A stretch of DNA of 64,000 nt, taken from positions 288,001-352,000 of the forward strand of contig CBDCYI010000004.1 in NCBI GenBank assembly GCA_965224085.1, in the 5' to 3' direction. This DNA is from Candidatus Marinacidobacterales bacterium. GTDB lineage: Bacteria; Acidobacteriota; Vicinamibacteria; Marinacidobacterales; SMYC01. Within the stretch, counting starts at the first letter, position 1. Each line of letters starts with the position of its first letter. Both the position numbers and the translations under genes were made by a program. The notes beneath the pieces were generated by a model that made no database searches, was not told where the DNA came from, and worked only from the letters and a program-made list of their open reading frames with translations. Of the stretch, positions 1 to 10,371 are shown piece by piece.

Positions 1-165
1 CGATGCGAGCGAGAGGGTTGGCGGCACAGAGAGTCGAGGCAAGGATCGGGTGCAAGATTCTCAACACCATGACGGCGCTCGGGATGCCTGATAGCGAGAT
101 GATCGGATGATGGGAGTCGGGGCCAAGCGAGCTCTCGGCCTCTATCGGAGTTGTGCACCAAGGCA
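1..165 (+). mobile_element. 3' end of an IS5-family (IS903-group) insertion sequence
   Basis: Frame 3..110 reads MRARGLAAQRVEARIGCKILNTMTALGMPDSEMIG*, like the IS903-type transposase C-terminus. It is followed by GAGTTGTGCACCAAGGC (148-164), which resembles an IS903-type terminal IR. Confidence 0.75.
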
Positions 166-907
166 GGCTTTCGCCCGTCAGGTCGACGCCTTAGGTGGCC
201 GATATCTCACCGCGGAGGACGTGGGAGTCGGCATCGCGGATGTCGAGGTGATGGCGCGCGTTTCGAAACACGTGTTCGGTCTTCCTTCGACGGGAGACCC
301 TTCTCCCTTCACAGCACGCGGTGCTTTCCACGGTATCCGGGCCGCCGTGCGCTGCAAGCTCGGGCGCGAGGAGCTCGCCGGATTGAGCGTTGCCGTTCAG
401 GGTGTCGGCCGTGTCGGCTTCGAGCTTGCTAGGCTGATACACGACGCGGGCGCTAAGCTTACCGTGACCGATACCGACGCCGCCTCTCTCGAGCGGAGTG
501 TGTCGAGCTTCGGCGCCATCCCCGTCGGCGTCGATGCCATCTATGGGCAAGAGGTGGACGTCTTCGCGCCGTGCGCTCTCGGTGGTGTGCTGAACGACAA
601 CACCATCTCGAAGCTGCAAGCTCCGATCGTCGCCGGCGTCGCGAACAACCAGCTCGCGGCAGATCACCACGGCCAAATCCTGCACGAAAAGGGTGTTCTC
701 TACGCACCCGACTATGTCGTCAACGCCGGCGGTATGCTAAATGGGAGCGGCGATATCTTTGGCCCTTACGACGTGAGCAAAGTCCTGCCGCGCATCGACA
801 AGATCTACGACACGACCCTCACGATACTCGAGCGCTCGCTAGCCGAGGACCGGCCACCGCATCTCATCGCCGACGAGCTCGCGCGGCAAAAAATCGCAAG
901 GGGATGA
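166..907 (+). pseudogene. Leu/Phe/Val dehydrogenase, 3' part, interrupted by the IS
   Basis: LGGRYLTAEDVG, GDPSPFTA, VAVQGVGRVG, APCALGG, ANNQL and YAPDYVVNAGG motifs. The N-terminal ~100 aa are replaced by IS sequence. Confidence 0.85.
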
Positions 908-939
908 CGAAGGCAACCTATTCCCCCATCATTCCCCCA

Positions 940-1032
940 TCGTTCCCAACGAAGCGCTTCGGTAGGTGCCACGCTCGAGGCCCGGCGGGCGGGCACGTAG
1001 CACACGAGGAGCGCGACCCCAGCCAGAACGAC
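940..1032 (-). pseudogene. C-terminal relic of an ABC permease (ADOP/FtsX-like)
   Basis: Reads VVLAGVALLVCYVPARRASSVAPTEALRWE, the typical ADOP C-terminus. CGA sits where the stop is expected. Confidence 0.65.
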
Positions 1033-1046
1033 GGAGTCCTATGTTT

Positions 1047-2321
1047 TTAGCGGGTGTTGCGAAAGAGCGTTTTCGCGATGAAACCGCCCCACAGGAGTCC
1101 CGGCAGCAAGATTAACGAGCTCATTAGGCGCAGAAGGTCGGGGATGGCCGTCGTCGCCTGGTCGAGCGCCCACCCGGAGAGCCCAGCGCTCGTCGCCATC
1201 GCGAGGGTCAGAAAGGCATATTCCGTGGAGAACACCCGTCCGCGGATCTGTTCGGGCAGCTTTCGGAGCAAAAGCTGAGTCGAGAAGATCCAAAGGGTGC
1301 CGCCACCCATCGCCCGGATGAGCGTGCCGATGAGTACCGCGCCGAAGCTCGCGAGCGTCGAGATGATGACGAGCCCTACGCCCATTGCGACGTAGGAGAT
1401 GAAAATCGCGATTTGGAGTGAACTCTCGCGATCGCCGGTGAAATAGCGCGCGGCGATCGGGCCGACGCCGGAGCCCACCCCGATCACGGCATAAAGGATG
1501 CCGAGGCTGATGCCACCGCCTTCGCCGATGACGAAGAAATCCCGCGCGAGTGTCACCTGAATGACCTCGAAAGCCCCCACAACGAAGAGCGTGAGGCTCG
1601 CTTTGTGAAGCGCCACCGCGAGCGTTTCGAGGTTGTGCGCCAAATAACGCAGCCCCTCGACATAGTCGCGGAGAGCGACGCGCAGGCTCTTGTCGTGAGC
1701 GTCTCGGAGCTCCGGCTCATAGCGGATCCGCGTGATGAAATAGGCGGAGAGAAGAAAAGTGGCCGAGTCGATGATGAAGGCCGGATAGACGCCCCATCCG
1801 CCCGCGACGAGGCCGCCCGCCGCCGCGCCCATTGCGAGCATGACCGACCACGTCGTACCAGTGATGGCATTCGCCGTGCCGAGCTCTCGAGAGGACACTA
1901 GATCCGGCAAGATGGCGTTGCGTGTGGGGTAGAAGACACCATGCATGGCGAGCTGGATGGCGGTAAGCGAGTACAAAAGCCACAGAAGCTCCGACGAGCG
2001 TACGAGGAGAAAGCCGAGAACGACGACGGCCCGCACGACGTCCGTGAGAATGAGCAGCTTCTTGCGGTTGTAGCGGTCGGCCGCAACGCCGGCAAGCGGG
2101 CTTATGAGAAACGGCGCTAGCATACGCACGACGAAGAGACCGCCGACGGCCAGGCCCGAGCCGGTGAGCGAAGCGACGAGTGAAGCGGAGGCGATCAGGT
2201 TGAACCAATCGCCGAAGAGGCTGACGATCTGGCCATACCAGAGGTACTTGAAATTGCGGTTTCCGCGGACGAGCGCCAAATATCCGCTGCTATCTTGGCG
2301 CTCGCGGCTTCTCGGGTCCAA
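1047..2321 (-). CDS. MFS transporter
   Basis: 424 aa, about 12 TM segments, motif A (GVAADRYNRKK), GQIVSLFGDWF. Confidence 0.9.
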   Translation of the reverse strand: MDPRSRERQDSSGYLALVRGNRNFKYLWYGQIVSLFGDWFNLIASASLVASLTGSGLAVGGLFVVRMLAPFLISPLAGVAADRYNRKKLLILTDVVRAVVVLGFLLVRSSELLWLLYSLTAIQLAMHGVFYPTRNAILPDLVSSRELGTANAITGTTWSVMLAMGAAAGGLVAGGWGVYPAFIIDSATFLLSAYFITRIRYEPELRDAHDKSLRVALRDYVEGLRYLAHNLETLAVALHKASLTLFVVGAFEVIQVTLARDFFVIGEGGGISLGILYAVIGVGSGVGPIAARYFTGDRESSLQIAIFISYVAMGVGLVIISTLASFGAVLIGTLIRAMGGGTLWIFSTQLLLRKLPEQIRGRVFSTEYAFLTLAMATSAGLSGWALDQATTAIPDLLRLMSSLILLPGLLWGGFIAKTLFRNTR

Positions 2322-2352
2322 GCGCGCGATCTTACCAGCTATTGGCCGCTAG

Positions 2353-3668
2353 CCCATGTTTCCCTTTTAGGTCTCTAAGTCATCATAAACAAAGGACTGA
2401 GATCCGCGGTTTGTCTCTACGCTGACAGCACCTCCTCGGAGAAGGCTGGCGGGTCGCGTTCAACGATTCCGAGTGCAGTCAGGATCGAGTTGGCGCGAGC
2501 GGTGCCGCGCGTGACGACGCGCTTGGTCCGCCCAGAACCCAGCTGTAAGTCGACGAGCCGGACCGAGCGTAGCGCTTGTAGTGCCTCGGTTGCGGACAGG
2601 TCGAGTTCGGCGACCTTGAGCTTTTTCTCAAGAGCCCGATGCACAAGGAAGGCCAGCGTAGCTACGAAAAGATGTGCCTCCACACGCTCATCGGTCTGGT
2701 GGTAAACGGGACGCATCTCAATGACATCCTTAAGGCATGAGAAGGCTCGCTCGACCTCGTTTAGGTCCTTGTAAAGGCGCACGGCGTCGACCGGAGAGAG
2801 GTTTTGCTCCTCGGTTTGAATAACGTACTTACCCTCGTAGGCTTGCTCGCGCTTGAGGTTGACCGGGTGCTCGAAGAAGCGGAAGCGAGCGTTTTTGTAC
2901 TCCCAGTCGTAGTAACGGTGACCGTGGTGGCGTGCCTGTATGCGCGCGGCGGCGGCACCGATTTTCTCGGGGGCTTTCAATCGTCCCTCGCGCACGCGGC
3001 GCTCAAGGGCCTCGAATGCCGCACGGGCACGTCCCATGGCCCGCAGCCTCTGCCCGCGCTCGTAGGCGAGCCTTTCGTCGCTGTGAACGACGAAGATGCG
3101 CACGCCAGACTGCTCGGAGCGGACTTCTTGCACACGAGTCTTAGGTGGCTCGGCTTTTTCGCTCACCGTGATGCCACCAGGGCAGTCGATCCACTCTCCG
3201 CTGGCGCGCTCGATGTAACGATAGACCTCCTCGCGCCGTCGTCTTTGCAGCCCGACGAGATAGCCCTGCTTGCGCGAGCGCACCACCGCCAGGCTGTCGC
3301 TCGTTACCATCCCTCGGTCGCCGACAAAAACCACGCGGTGCAAACCGAATCGTTCGTTGAGATCGTTGAGCACCTGCGGCACCGTTTTCGCGTCACGCCA
3401 GTTGCCGGCGAAAACATGGTGGGCGATCGGCCAACCGTCCACCATCACCAGACCGACAAGCACTTGCCGGTTACGCGGTCTGCGGTCGCGACTGTAGCCG
3501 TGGGCGCCGAGCCCCGGAGGGCCTTGACCTTCGAAGTACGTCGACGTCAGGTCGTAAAACACCATGTCAACCTCAAGCGAAAACAGATCCCGCAAGCGCA
3601 AAAACAGCTCTTTCTCGATCTGTTCTTTGCGGGCATGCAGCTGGTCGAGCGTTCGGTACCATTGCTTG
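2353..3668 (-). mobile_element. IS1634-family element, 5'-truncated copy
   Basis: Reverse complement of the 3' ~1.3 kb of 43589..45591. Terminal CCCATGTTTCCCTTTT follows CTAG (2349-2352). The transposase lacks its N-terminus. Confidence 0.92.
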
Positions 3669-3825
3669 GGGAATTATAAGTAAACCTTGACAAGGCCTGC
3701 CCATTAGAATACCCTTCCCACCGTCACACGAACGCGTGCGGCTCAACTATCGGGTCACTCGCTGAATACAATACCCTCCCCATAGGGAAATAGGCGAGAT
3801 CCTGCATGCTACCGCATGCGTTTCG
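3669..3825. repeat. Orphan copy of the IS1595-element end also at 33384..33540
   Basis: 157 bp, one mismatch to 33384..33540. Begins GGGAATTATAAGTAAAC, an ISNwi1-group-like ggnnatTAT end. Confidence 0.85.
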
Positions 3826-3833
3826 TGTGACGA

Positions 3834-5118
3834 CTAGCCACTGAGCCAGAAGCCGGTGATAGCTGCCGTTTGTAGGCTCTAGCTGTACCGCTCGGGTTAA
3901 TGCTCCGATGGCGTCGAAGTAGTCTCCGCCGTTGTGGAGCCGTTTCGCTTCAAGGAACACGATCTCCGCTTCATCGGCATCGGTACCAGATTTGACGGCG
4001 ACCGGTTGGGAACGGGGATCCAACGTGAGAGCGGCGATCGTCTCGCTGCCCGTGAACCCAACAGCCAGACCCTCGGGTCGACGATCGTAGAGTCGGCGCG
4101 ATTCAGGCACGCTGAGCACTTCATAGGCCTCGCGCACCTTTAGCCGCACCTTCGAAAGGCGCTCTTTCACGTTGCCCAGATAGGCGCTGAAATGTGCTTC
4201 AGGCTCGAGCGATGCCATGACCTCATCATAGGCCTCTCGCACTCTCTTGCCCGACGCACCGAAATCGACGCCGAGGCGATCGTAGAAATCACCGAGCTCG
4301 AGCGCGGAGTGGCGCGCTGCGAGCGAATCGCGGAAGCGGCGTTCTTCATCGGTCATGTCACGCGTTTCGTCGGCTTCGGTCGACGGGCGGCGCTCCCTCT
4401 CTCCGAGCTCTTCGATATCCAAAACGCCAGCGAGCACGAGCGCGTAGATCCGTCGAAGCGACTCTTCTTCGCCGAGAGGTGACGTGGACACGACGTCGCC
4501 AATCGAAGTGCACTCTTTCACACGCGACAAGATGAAGCCATCCTCTCGAGTAACGGGTATGCTCAACCGTTGTCCGTCGGCGAGCTTCAAGCCGTTGCCT
4601 AAAGACCCGATGCCGGCACGAATCGCCGCTATGTTGATGACCCGGCAAGCACCTTCATAGATCACTTCCGCTGTGTGAAGCTCGAGGATGAGCTCGGCTG
4701 GTACGGGGTCGTCGACGGCTTCGAATCGGTAGTCGCCTTCGTTCCAAGTGAAAACCGAATAAATAATGTCCTTGATTTGGGTGGCGACGTAGCGCTGCAT
4801 CTCCATAGGACTCACCCAACCCATTTCGACGATCGTCTTGCCGAAGCGTTCGTCCGAGCGCTCCATGACACGAAACGACAGTTCGAGGACGGAGCGGTCG
4901 ATCTTTCCGGCCTGTACGAGCCGCTCGCCGAGCTTTTCTTTTTCCACGTTGGTGCCGGCGAAGACGATGTGGCCGTCTTTGAAAACGAGACGCTTCGTGG
5001 CGTCGCGGTTCCACAAATGAAGGTTGCCAGTCGCTTTCGCACGCCAAAGATCGCGCACGATGCGGGGGAGTGATGCGATCTCTAGACGTCCTTGATTCGA
5101 GATGTGCTCGGTTTCCAT
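3834..5118 (-). CDS. DUF4388 (PatA-N-like) + degenerate DnaJ-like + TPR protein, 3' end disrupted by an insertion
   Basis: KATGNLHL..KRLVFKDGHIVFA..KLGERLV, FYDRLGV..VREAY..EAYEVLS and a TPR motif. The called ORF runs on into repeat DNA beyond CTAG at 3834. Confidence 0.75.
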
Positions 5119-5213
5119 CGCAGGGCAGTTGCCTGCAAGGAGAACGCCAAACTCTAACTATAGCAAATGAATCAGTTGCGGTTCCAGGGGAACGCGCGAT
5201 CGTAGGGGAATCC

Positions 5214-6689
5214 CTACGCGTCACCTCGTTCAGCGTCGACCACGCGGCCGTCCGGCTCGAGTCGGCCGGGAAGATCGAGCCCTTTTCTGAGCTTCGCAAA
5301 CCCGTCATAGAGCTCGGCACGTTCGCGTCGCAATAGCTCGAGTGCGGCTTTGCGGCGATACCGCGTGAGACGCACGCGAATCGAGCGCACCGTGTGCCGC
5401 GCGAGGCGCTGATAGTTGAGCACGACATAGGCGCCCGCCGCGCTCGAGAAAAAAGCAGCGACTCCCGTCAAAAGGGGCGAGCCCGGTATCGCCGGATAGA
5501 TGGGTTCGAGGAGTCGATTGCCGAGAGCCACGAGCAAGGCGACCACGAACCATGTGACGGGAAAAGCAATTGCACCGGCGACGAGCTTGATCGAAGCTTC
5601 ATCTTTTTGTTTGCGCGCGGCTTTTTTCGACATGAGCCACACGGCGAGCGCGGCGGGCATGTTCGCGATATAGCCGAGGATCAGGATTGGGGGGAGCAGC
5701 AGATAGACGAGCATGACTTGCAGTACGACGAAGGCACCGAGCCAGGGCGAGGCGAGTCGCGGTGAGCTGTCGAGCTCGTGATCGTGAAGCCCGAGCTCCC
5801 GCATGTCCTCGTCATAGTCTCGAACGCGCGCAAATAGCTGCTCGACTTCCTTGGGGTGTGTGCCTATGCGCGTGTTGTAGCCCGTCCACATTCGCGAGAA
5901 AGCGAGGACGCGCTCCTTCATGTCGGGACGCGGGGGCGAAGCGCCGGCGCGATGGGCTCTCTCAGCGCGTAGCAACTTTCGCGCGCGATGCATCGCATGG
6001 TGATGCTGCCAGCTCTCGGTGGCGTGGACGACCTGATGGAGCACCCGTTCGAGCTCTCCGGTCAGCCGTCGATACTGCTCGCGTCTCGATTCTTTCTCAG
6101 CAGGCGGGGCCGATAGTGTCTCGTCGAGCTCGAGCGGCGGGTGGATGGCGACGAGCACGCTCGAGCCCAGAAGACGTTTCTCGTCGTAGTGCAGGCCGAT
6201 GGGGATGATGACGGGAGGCGGGGCATTCTCAGGCGTGAGCTCGCGAGCACGGTAGTAGAGCCTCGCGGCGCCCGTTTTAAGCTCCTGCGGGAAAGGCTCG
6301 TCGTGGCTGTCTCCTTCCGGGAAGAGTGCTGCGAACCTACCCTCCGCGATCGCCACGGCGAGCGCGTCGAGACTCTTCCGGTTGGCTGCGCGCCGCAGCT
6401 CTTCGTCAGAACCGACAAAATCCTGACGCCGATAGACGGGCACAATCCCGAGTGTCCGCATGAGCTGGCCGAGGACCGGCCACGCGAAAAGCCCGTGACG
6501 GGCGCCGAGAACGATCTGCCGCGGAAAATGAACAAGGACGAGCCCGCCATCGATGATCGCATTGGGATGCCACGAGACGACGAGCCCGCCACCGTCTTCG
6601 GGAACGTTCTCGAGGCCGGTGACCTCGATGCGATGAAAGAAGATTCGGAGCAACCCACGCACGATGGAGACCGCGAAACGATAGAGCAT
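5214..6689 (-). CDS. PlsC-like glycerolipid acyltransferase with C-terminal TM region
   Basis: HPNAIID (HX4D) and LFPEG motifs. Confidence 0.85.
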   Translation of the reverse strand: MLYRFAVSIVRGLLRIFFHRIEVTGLENVPEDGGGLVVSWHPNAIIDGGLVLVHFPRQIVLGARHGLFAWPVLGQLMRTLGIVPVYRRQDFVGSDEELRRAANRKSLDALAVAIAEGRFAALFPEGDSHDEPFPQELKTGAARLYYRARELTPENAPPPVIIPIGLHYDEKRLLGSSVLVAIHPPLELDETLSAPPAEKESRREQYRRLTGELERVLHQVVHATESWQHHHAMHRARKLLRAERAHRAGASPPRPDMKERVLAFSRMWTGYNTRIGTHPKEVEQLFARVRDYDEDMRELGLHDHELDSSPRLASPWLGAFVVLQVMLVYLLLPPILILGYIANMPAALAVWLMSKKAARKQKDEASIKLVAGAIAFPVTWFVVALLVALGNRLLEPIYPAIPGSPLLTGVAAFFSSAAGAYVVLNYQRLARHTVRSIRVRLTRYRRKAALELLRRERAELYDGFAKLRKGLDLPGRLEPDGRVVDAERGDA

Positions 6690-6791
6690 GCGAAATCGTA
6701 ATGAGAGATGGCGCCGATGTCGACCTTTCCGGAGGGTGGAAACGACGCTCTCTTGGACTATGATGCTCCCTCATCCGAAAGGAGACCTACG

Positions 6792-8309
6792 ATGTCCGGT
6801 CCGAGCGAGCCCGAAGAGCCCGAGGAAAACGACGAGAACGCCCCTACGGAGGAAGAGGAAGAAGACTTTGCCGCTATGCTCGAGGCGTCTCTACAGCCGT
6901 CATCGTTGCAAGAAGGTGATGCGGTCGAAGGGACGATTGTTGCCCTCGGCTCCGATGTGGCTTTCGTGGACGTGGGCAGCAAAGGCGAGGCGACGATCGA
7001 TCTCGTAGAGCTCACCGAGCCTGGTGAGCCCGGTGAGCTTGGTGAACAAGACTCGGTGAAAGTTGGCGACAAAGTCAAAGCTGTCGTCGTTTCCACTTCC
7101 GGCGGCATCAAGCTTTCGCACAAGCTCGCACGGCAAGCCGCGACGCGCGACGCTCTGGAAGACGCGTATCGGTCGGGGCTCCCGGTCGAAGGGCGCGTCG
7201 AGAAAGCCATCAAAGGTGGTTTCGAAGTTCGTTTTCAAAGCCAGCGCGCGTTCTGCCCCATCTCTCAAATCGATACGCGCTTCACCGAAGATCCTTCGGT
7301 TCACGAGGGCAAGGTCTACACTTTCCGCATCGTCGAGATAAAGCGTGACGGCAAGGACGTCGTCGTGTCGCGTCGATCGCTCCTCGAAGAGGAGCAGCGG
7401 GAGCGCGCCGAGGAGGTCCGCGAACTCATCGTTCCCAACGCCGTTCTTCCGGGCCACGTCGTATCGGTGCGCGAGTACGGCGCCTTCGTCGACCTCGGTG
7501 GAGGCGTCCAAGGATTGCTTCATGTCTCGGAGATGAGCTGGTCGCGTGTGACCGATCCCTCGACCGTCGTCCAGCCGGGCGACGAGATCACGGTGCAAGT
7601 CCTGCGCGTCGACGAGGAGCAAGGGAGGATCTCGCTCGGCTTGAAGCAGCTTCAAGCCGACCCGTGGCTGACGGTGTCGACGACCTATCGCGTCGGTCAA
7701 GTGATGAGCGGCAGCGTCGTGCGCCTCGCCGATTTCGGAGCGTTCATCGAGATCGTGACGGGTATCGAAGCTTTGGCACATGTCTCCACGTTCCCGCCGA
7801 CGGGCAAGGCCGATGGATGGAAAGCGAGCGTTTTGCCGGGTACCGAGGTCGCGGTCGAGATCCTGACGATCGACTCGGAGCGCAAGCGCATGGGGGTGGC
7901 CATCGTCGATGAAGGCTCTGTCCGTGCCGAGAGCGCGCACGCGCAAGCTTCGAAAAAGGTCGAGCTCGGCGCTCGGCTCGTCGGTAAAGTCGAGCGCCAC
8001 GAGAATTATGGCGTCTTCGTATTTCTGAAGCCCGGGACCACGGGTTTGCTTCCGGTCGAAGAGACCGGCCTCGACCATGACGAGGATCTTCGAAGGGCTT
8101 TTCCCGTCGGAAGTGACGTGGAGGTGATCGTGCTTGAAATCGATGCCGAGCGCGGGCGGATCCGCCTGAGTGCGAAAGCCGTCACTGAAGGCCGAGAAAA
8201 GAGCGAAGCGCGCGACTTTGCCGAGCGTCAGGACCGTGCGCAGAGCGAAAGCTTTGGCTCTCTCGCCCAGACGCTCCGCGACGCGTTGAAAGGCGGCGAC
8301 AAGAAGTAG
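6792..8309 (+). CDS. Ribosomal protein S1-like RNA-binding protein (five S1 domains), possibly an rpsA paralog
   Basis: Five S1 repeats (YGAFVDLG, FGAFIEI, YGVFV). RBS GAAAGGAG precedes ATG 6792. Confidence 0.85.
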   Translation: MSGPSEPEEPEENDENAPTEEEEEDFAAMLEASLQPSSLQEGDAVEGTIVALGSDVAFVDVGSKGEATIDLVELTEPGEPGELGEQDSVKVGDKVKAVVVSTSGGIKLSHKLARQAATRDALEDAYRSGLPVEGRVEKAIKGGFEVRFQSQRAFCPISQIDTRFTEDPSVHEGKVYTFRIVEIKRDGKDVVVSRRSLLEEEQRERAEEVRELIVPNAVLPGHVVSVREYGAFVDLGGGVQGLLHVSEMSWSRVTDPSTVVQPGDEITVQVLRVDEEQGRISLGLKQLQADPWLTVSTTYRVGQVMSGSVVRLADFGAFIEIVTGIEALAHVSTFPPTGKADGWKASVLPGTEVAVEILTIDSERKRMGVAIVDEGSVRAESAHAQASKKVELGARLVGKVERHENYGVFVFLKPGTTGLLPVEETGLDHDEDLRRAFPVGSDVEVIVLEIDAERGRIRLSAKAVTEGREKSEARDFAERQDRAQSESFGSLAQTLRDALKGGDKK

Positions 8310-8315
8310 ATCGCG

Positions 8316-8615
8316 CTAGGCGCTAGTAGAGAAAGCTCGCCACATCTCGTCGACACCTTGGCGCTCCCGCCGGTATTCGACCGGAGGCGTATCGAAAGCC
8401 CGCTTGAATACCCTAGCAAAGCCCGCCGGTGACATACCCAGGAGCACTGGCGATGTCTGACAATCGCGCGACGCTGTGTAGCGCGCCCCTCGTCCCGAGT
8501 TGTGCTCCGCGACTCGGCGCTCGAAGTCGGTAGTAATACCGGTATAGAAAATTCCGTCCGCGCAGCGCAGAAGGTAGCAGTAGTAGAGTCGTGCGTCGAT
8601 GGCCGAGCGTAACAG
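8316..8615 (-). pseudogene. Fused relic: GIY-YIG nuclease N-half + AraC-type HTH
   Basis: YYCYLLRCADGIFYTGITTDFERRVAEHNSGRGARYT followed in frame by LLGMSPAGFARVFKRAFDTPPVEYRR. No ATG/GTG/TTG start ahead of the GIY-YIG part (CTG at 8615). Confidence 0.7.
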
Positions 8616-8667
8616 GGATCGGGCGCCCGAGAGTGGTCCGAGAATAGAATGATAAGCTTTTCTTGAT

Positions 8668-10098
8668 ATGGAAGGACCGAGAACGTTCGAATTGGACGCG
8701 CGTGATGTGTTGAGCGCTGATGCTTTAAGACGCTTTGCCCACGACGCGGTGGATTGGATGATCGACTACATGAGCGAGCCCGGCGGCGACGGGCCGATTC
8801 TTTCTCCCGAGCTCACGAAGGACGTCTTCGAGCTCTTTTGCGAAGAGCTACCGACCGAAGGTAGTGCACCCGCCGCCGTGTTCGAGGAGTTTCGCGAGAA
8901 AATCGTGCCCGATGCGACGCACCTTCAGAGCCCAGGGAACTTTGCCTACATCCCGAACTCGACGGGCGTTGTCGGCGTCGTCGCCGACATCTTGGCGGCC
9001 ACGATGAATCAGAACGTCAGTCTCGTTCGAGGAGGACCTACAGCCGCCGCCGTCGAGGCTCAGGTCGTCGGCTGGATACAGTCTCTGCTTGCTTATCCCA
9101 AAAGTGGCGGCGGTGTTCTCACGAGCGGTGGCTCGCTGGCGAACTTGATGGGGCTAGCCCTTGCCCGCCATCGGGCCGGCGCCGGAGACAATCTCACGTT
9201 CTATTTTTCGGAAGAGACGCACAGCTCTATGGACCGAGCGTTGCGATTTCTCGGGCTTCCACCCGAGGCACTCCGAAGGCTTGAGACCGACGACAAGTTC
9301 CGCATGAGCCCCGCGGCCCTGGAGCAGGCTGTCAAAGAAGATCGCGCTCGCGGCAAACGACCCGCCGCCGTCGCCGCGACTGCAGGGACGATTGGCAGCG
9401 GCGCGGTCGATCCGCTCGAGGAGCTCGCAGGCGTCTGCGAGCGCTATGGCCTCTGGCTCCACGTCGATGGCGCCTACGGGGCTTTGGCGGCGGCTGCCGA
9501 AAGCGGCGCATGGATGCGTTCGGGGCTCGCGCTTTGTGACTCCCTCTCCATCGATCCGCACAAATGGCTCTTCGTTCCCGTCGGCACGAGCTGCCTGCTC
9601 GTGCGCGATGTCGACTTTATGCGGCGCTTCTTCACGGTGGTGCCGGAATATCTGAAAGTGAGCGCCTCCGAAGGCCAGATCCGCCAACCCATGGAGCACA
9701 CGATGGAGCTTTCGCGCCGCTTCCGCGCGCTTCGGCTGTGGATGTCGCTCAAAGTCTATGGAGCGCGCGCCGTACGAGAGAAAATCGAAGATCACTTGCG
9801 ATGGACGCAACTTTTTGCGTCTTGGGTTGAGGCGGCCCCGGGTTTCGAGCTCTCCGCGCCGGTGATGACGAGCACTGTGTGCTTTCGTTACGTGCCTTCC
9901 GGGGTCGAGAGCGCGGAGGCGCTCGACCGGTTGAACGAAGAGCTCATGGAGCGAGTAAATCTTGAGCCTGGACTCTTCGTCTCGCGCAATCGGCTGCGTG
10001 ATCGCTTCACGCAGAGAGTGTGCATCACACACCTCCGGACGACGGAAGAGGACATCCGTCGTTTGTGGGAGGCTTATCAGAAGCTGGCGGTGACGTGA
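8668..10098 (+). CDS. Group II PLP-dependent amino-acid decarboxylase
   Basis: WLHVDGAYG, SIDPHKWL (PLP lysine), LSRRFRALRLW. Confidence 0.92.
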   Translation: MEGPRTFELDARDVLSADALRRFAHDAVDWMIDYMSEPGGDGPILSPELTKDVFELFCEELPTEGSAPAAVFEEFREKIVPDATHLQSPGNFAYIPNSTGVVGVVADILAATMNQNVSLVRGGPTAAAVEAQVVGWIQSLLAYPKSGGGVLTSGGSLANLMGLALARHRAGAGDNLTFYFSEETHSSMDRALRFLGLPPEALRRLETDDKFRMSPAALEQAVKEDRARGKRPAAVAATAGTIGSGAVDPLEELAGVCERYGLWLHVDGAYGALAAAAESGAWMRSGLALCDSLSIDPHKWLFVPVGTSCLLVRDVDFMRRFFTVVPEYLKVSASEGQIRQPMEHTMELSRRFRALRLWMSLKVYGARAVREKIEDHLRWTQLFASWVEAAPGFELSAPVMTSTVCFRYVPSGVESAEALDRLNEELMERVNLEPGLFVSRNRLRDRFTQRVCITHLRTTEEDIRRLWEAYQKLAVT

Positions 10099-10140
10099 GC
10101 AGGCCGATGACACACGCGCGACCTTCCTAGTTTGCCGTCG

Positions 10141-10305
10141 ATGATGGTCCATTCAGAGGACGGGACTGCGTTGCTTCGCCTCATCGATCTCGAAATCCAC
10201 GTTACCCTCCAAGGTCATCTCGTGCGTACCGAATAATGTGATGACCTATGAGAACGATCTCGACCGCGAGCTTCGTGCGGAGTTCACGTTCCCGCTTTCC
10301 GGGGT
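10141..10305 (+). pseudogene. VIT-domain relic
   Basis: LEIHVTLQGHLVRTE, then a frameshift, then VMTYENDLDRELRAEFTFPL. Confidence 0.55.
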
Positions 10306-10371
10306 CAGATGTCGGCCTTTACTTCCGCAACCGTTTGCGGCGGGATGCACCAAACGTCACAAGTGCGACCT

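Noticed and set aside
920-950. ATTCCCCCATC short tandem repeat
   Set aside because: Only two to three degenerate copies at the end of a gene relic; probably slippage.
3669-3825. Repeat read as an ncRNA, att site or DGR template
   Set aside because: Its end motif and linkage to the IS1595 transposase explain it; there is no integrase or reverse transcriptase in the window.
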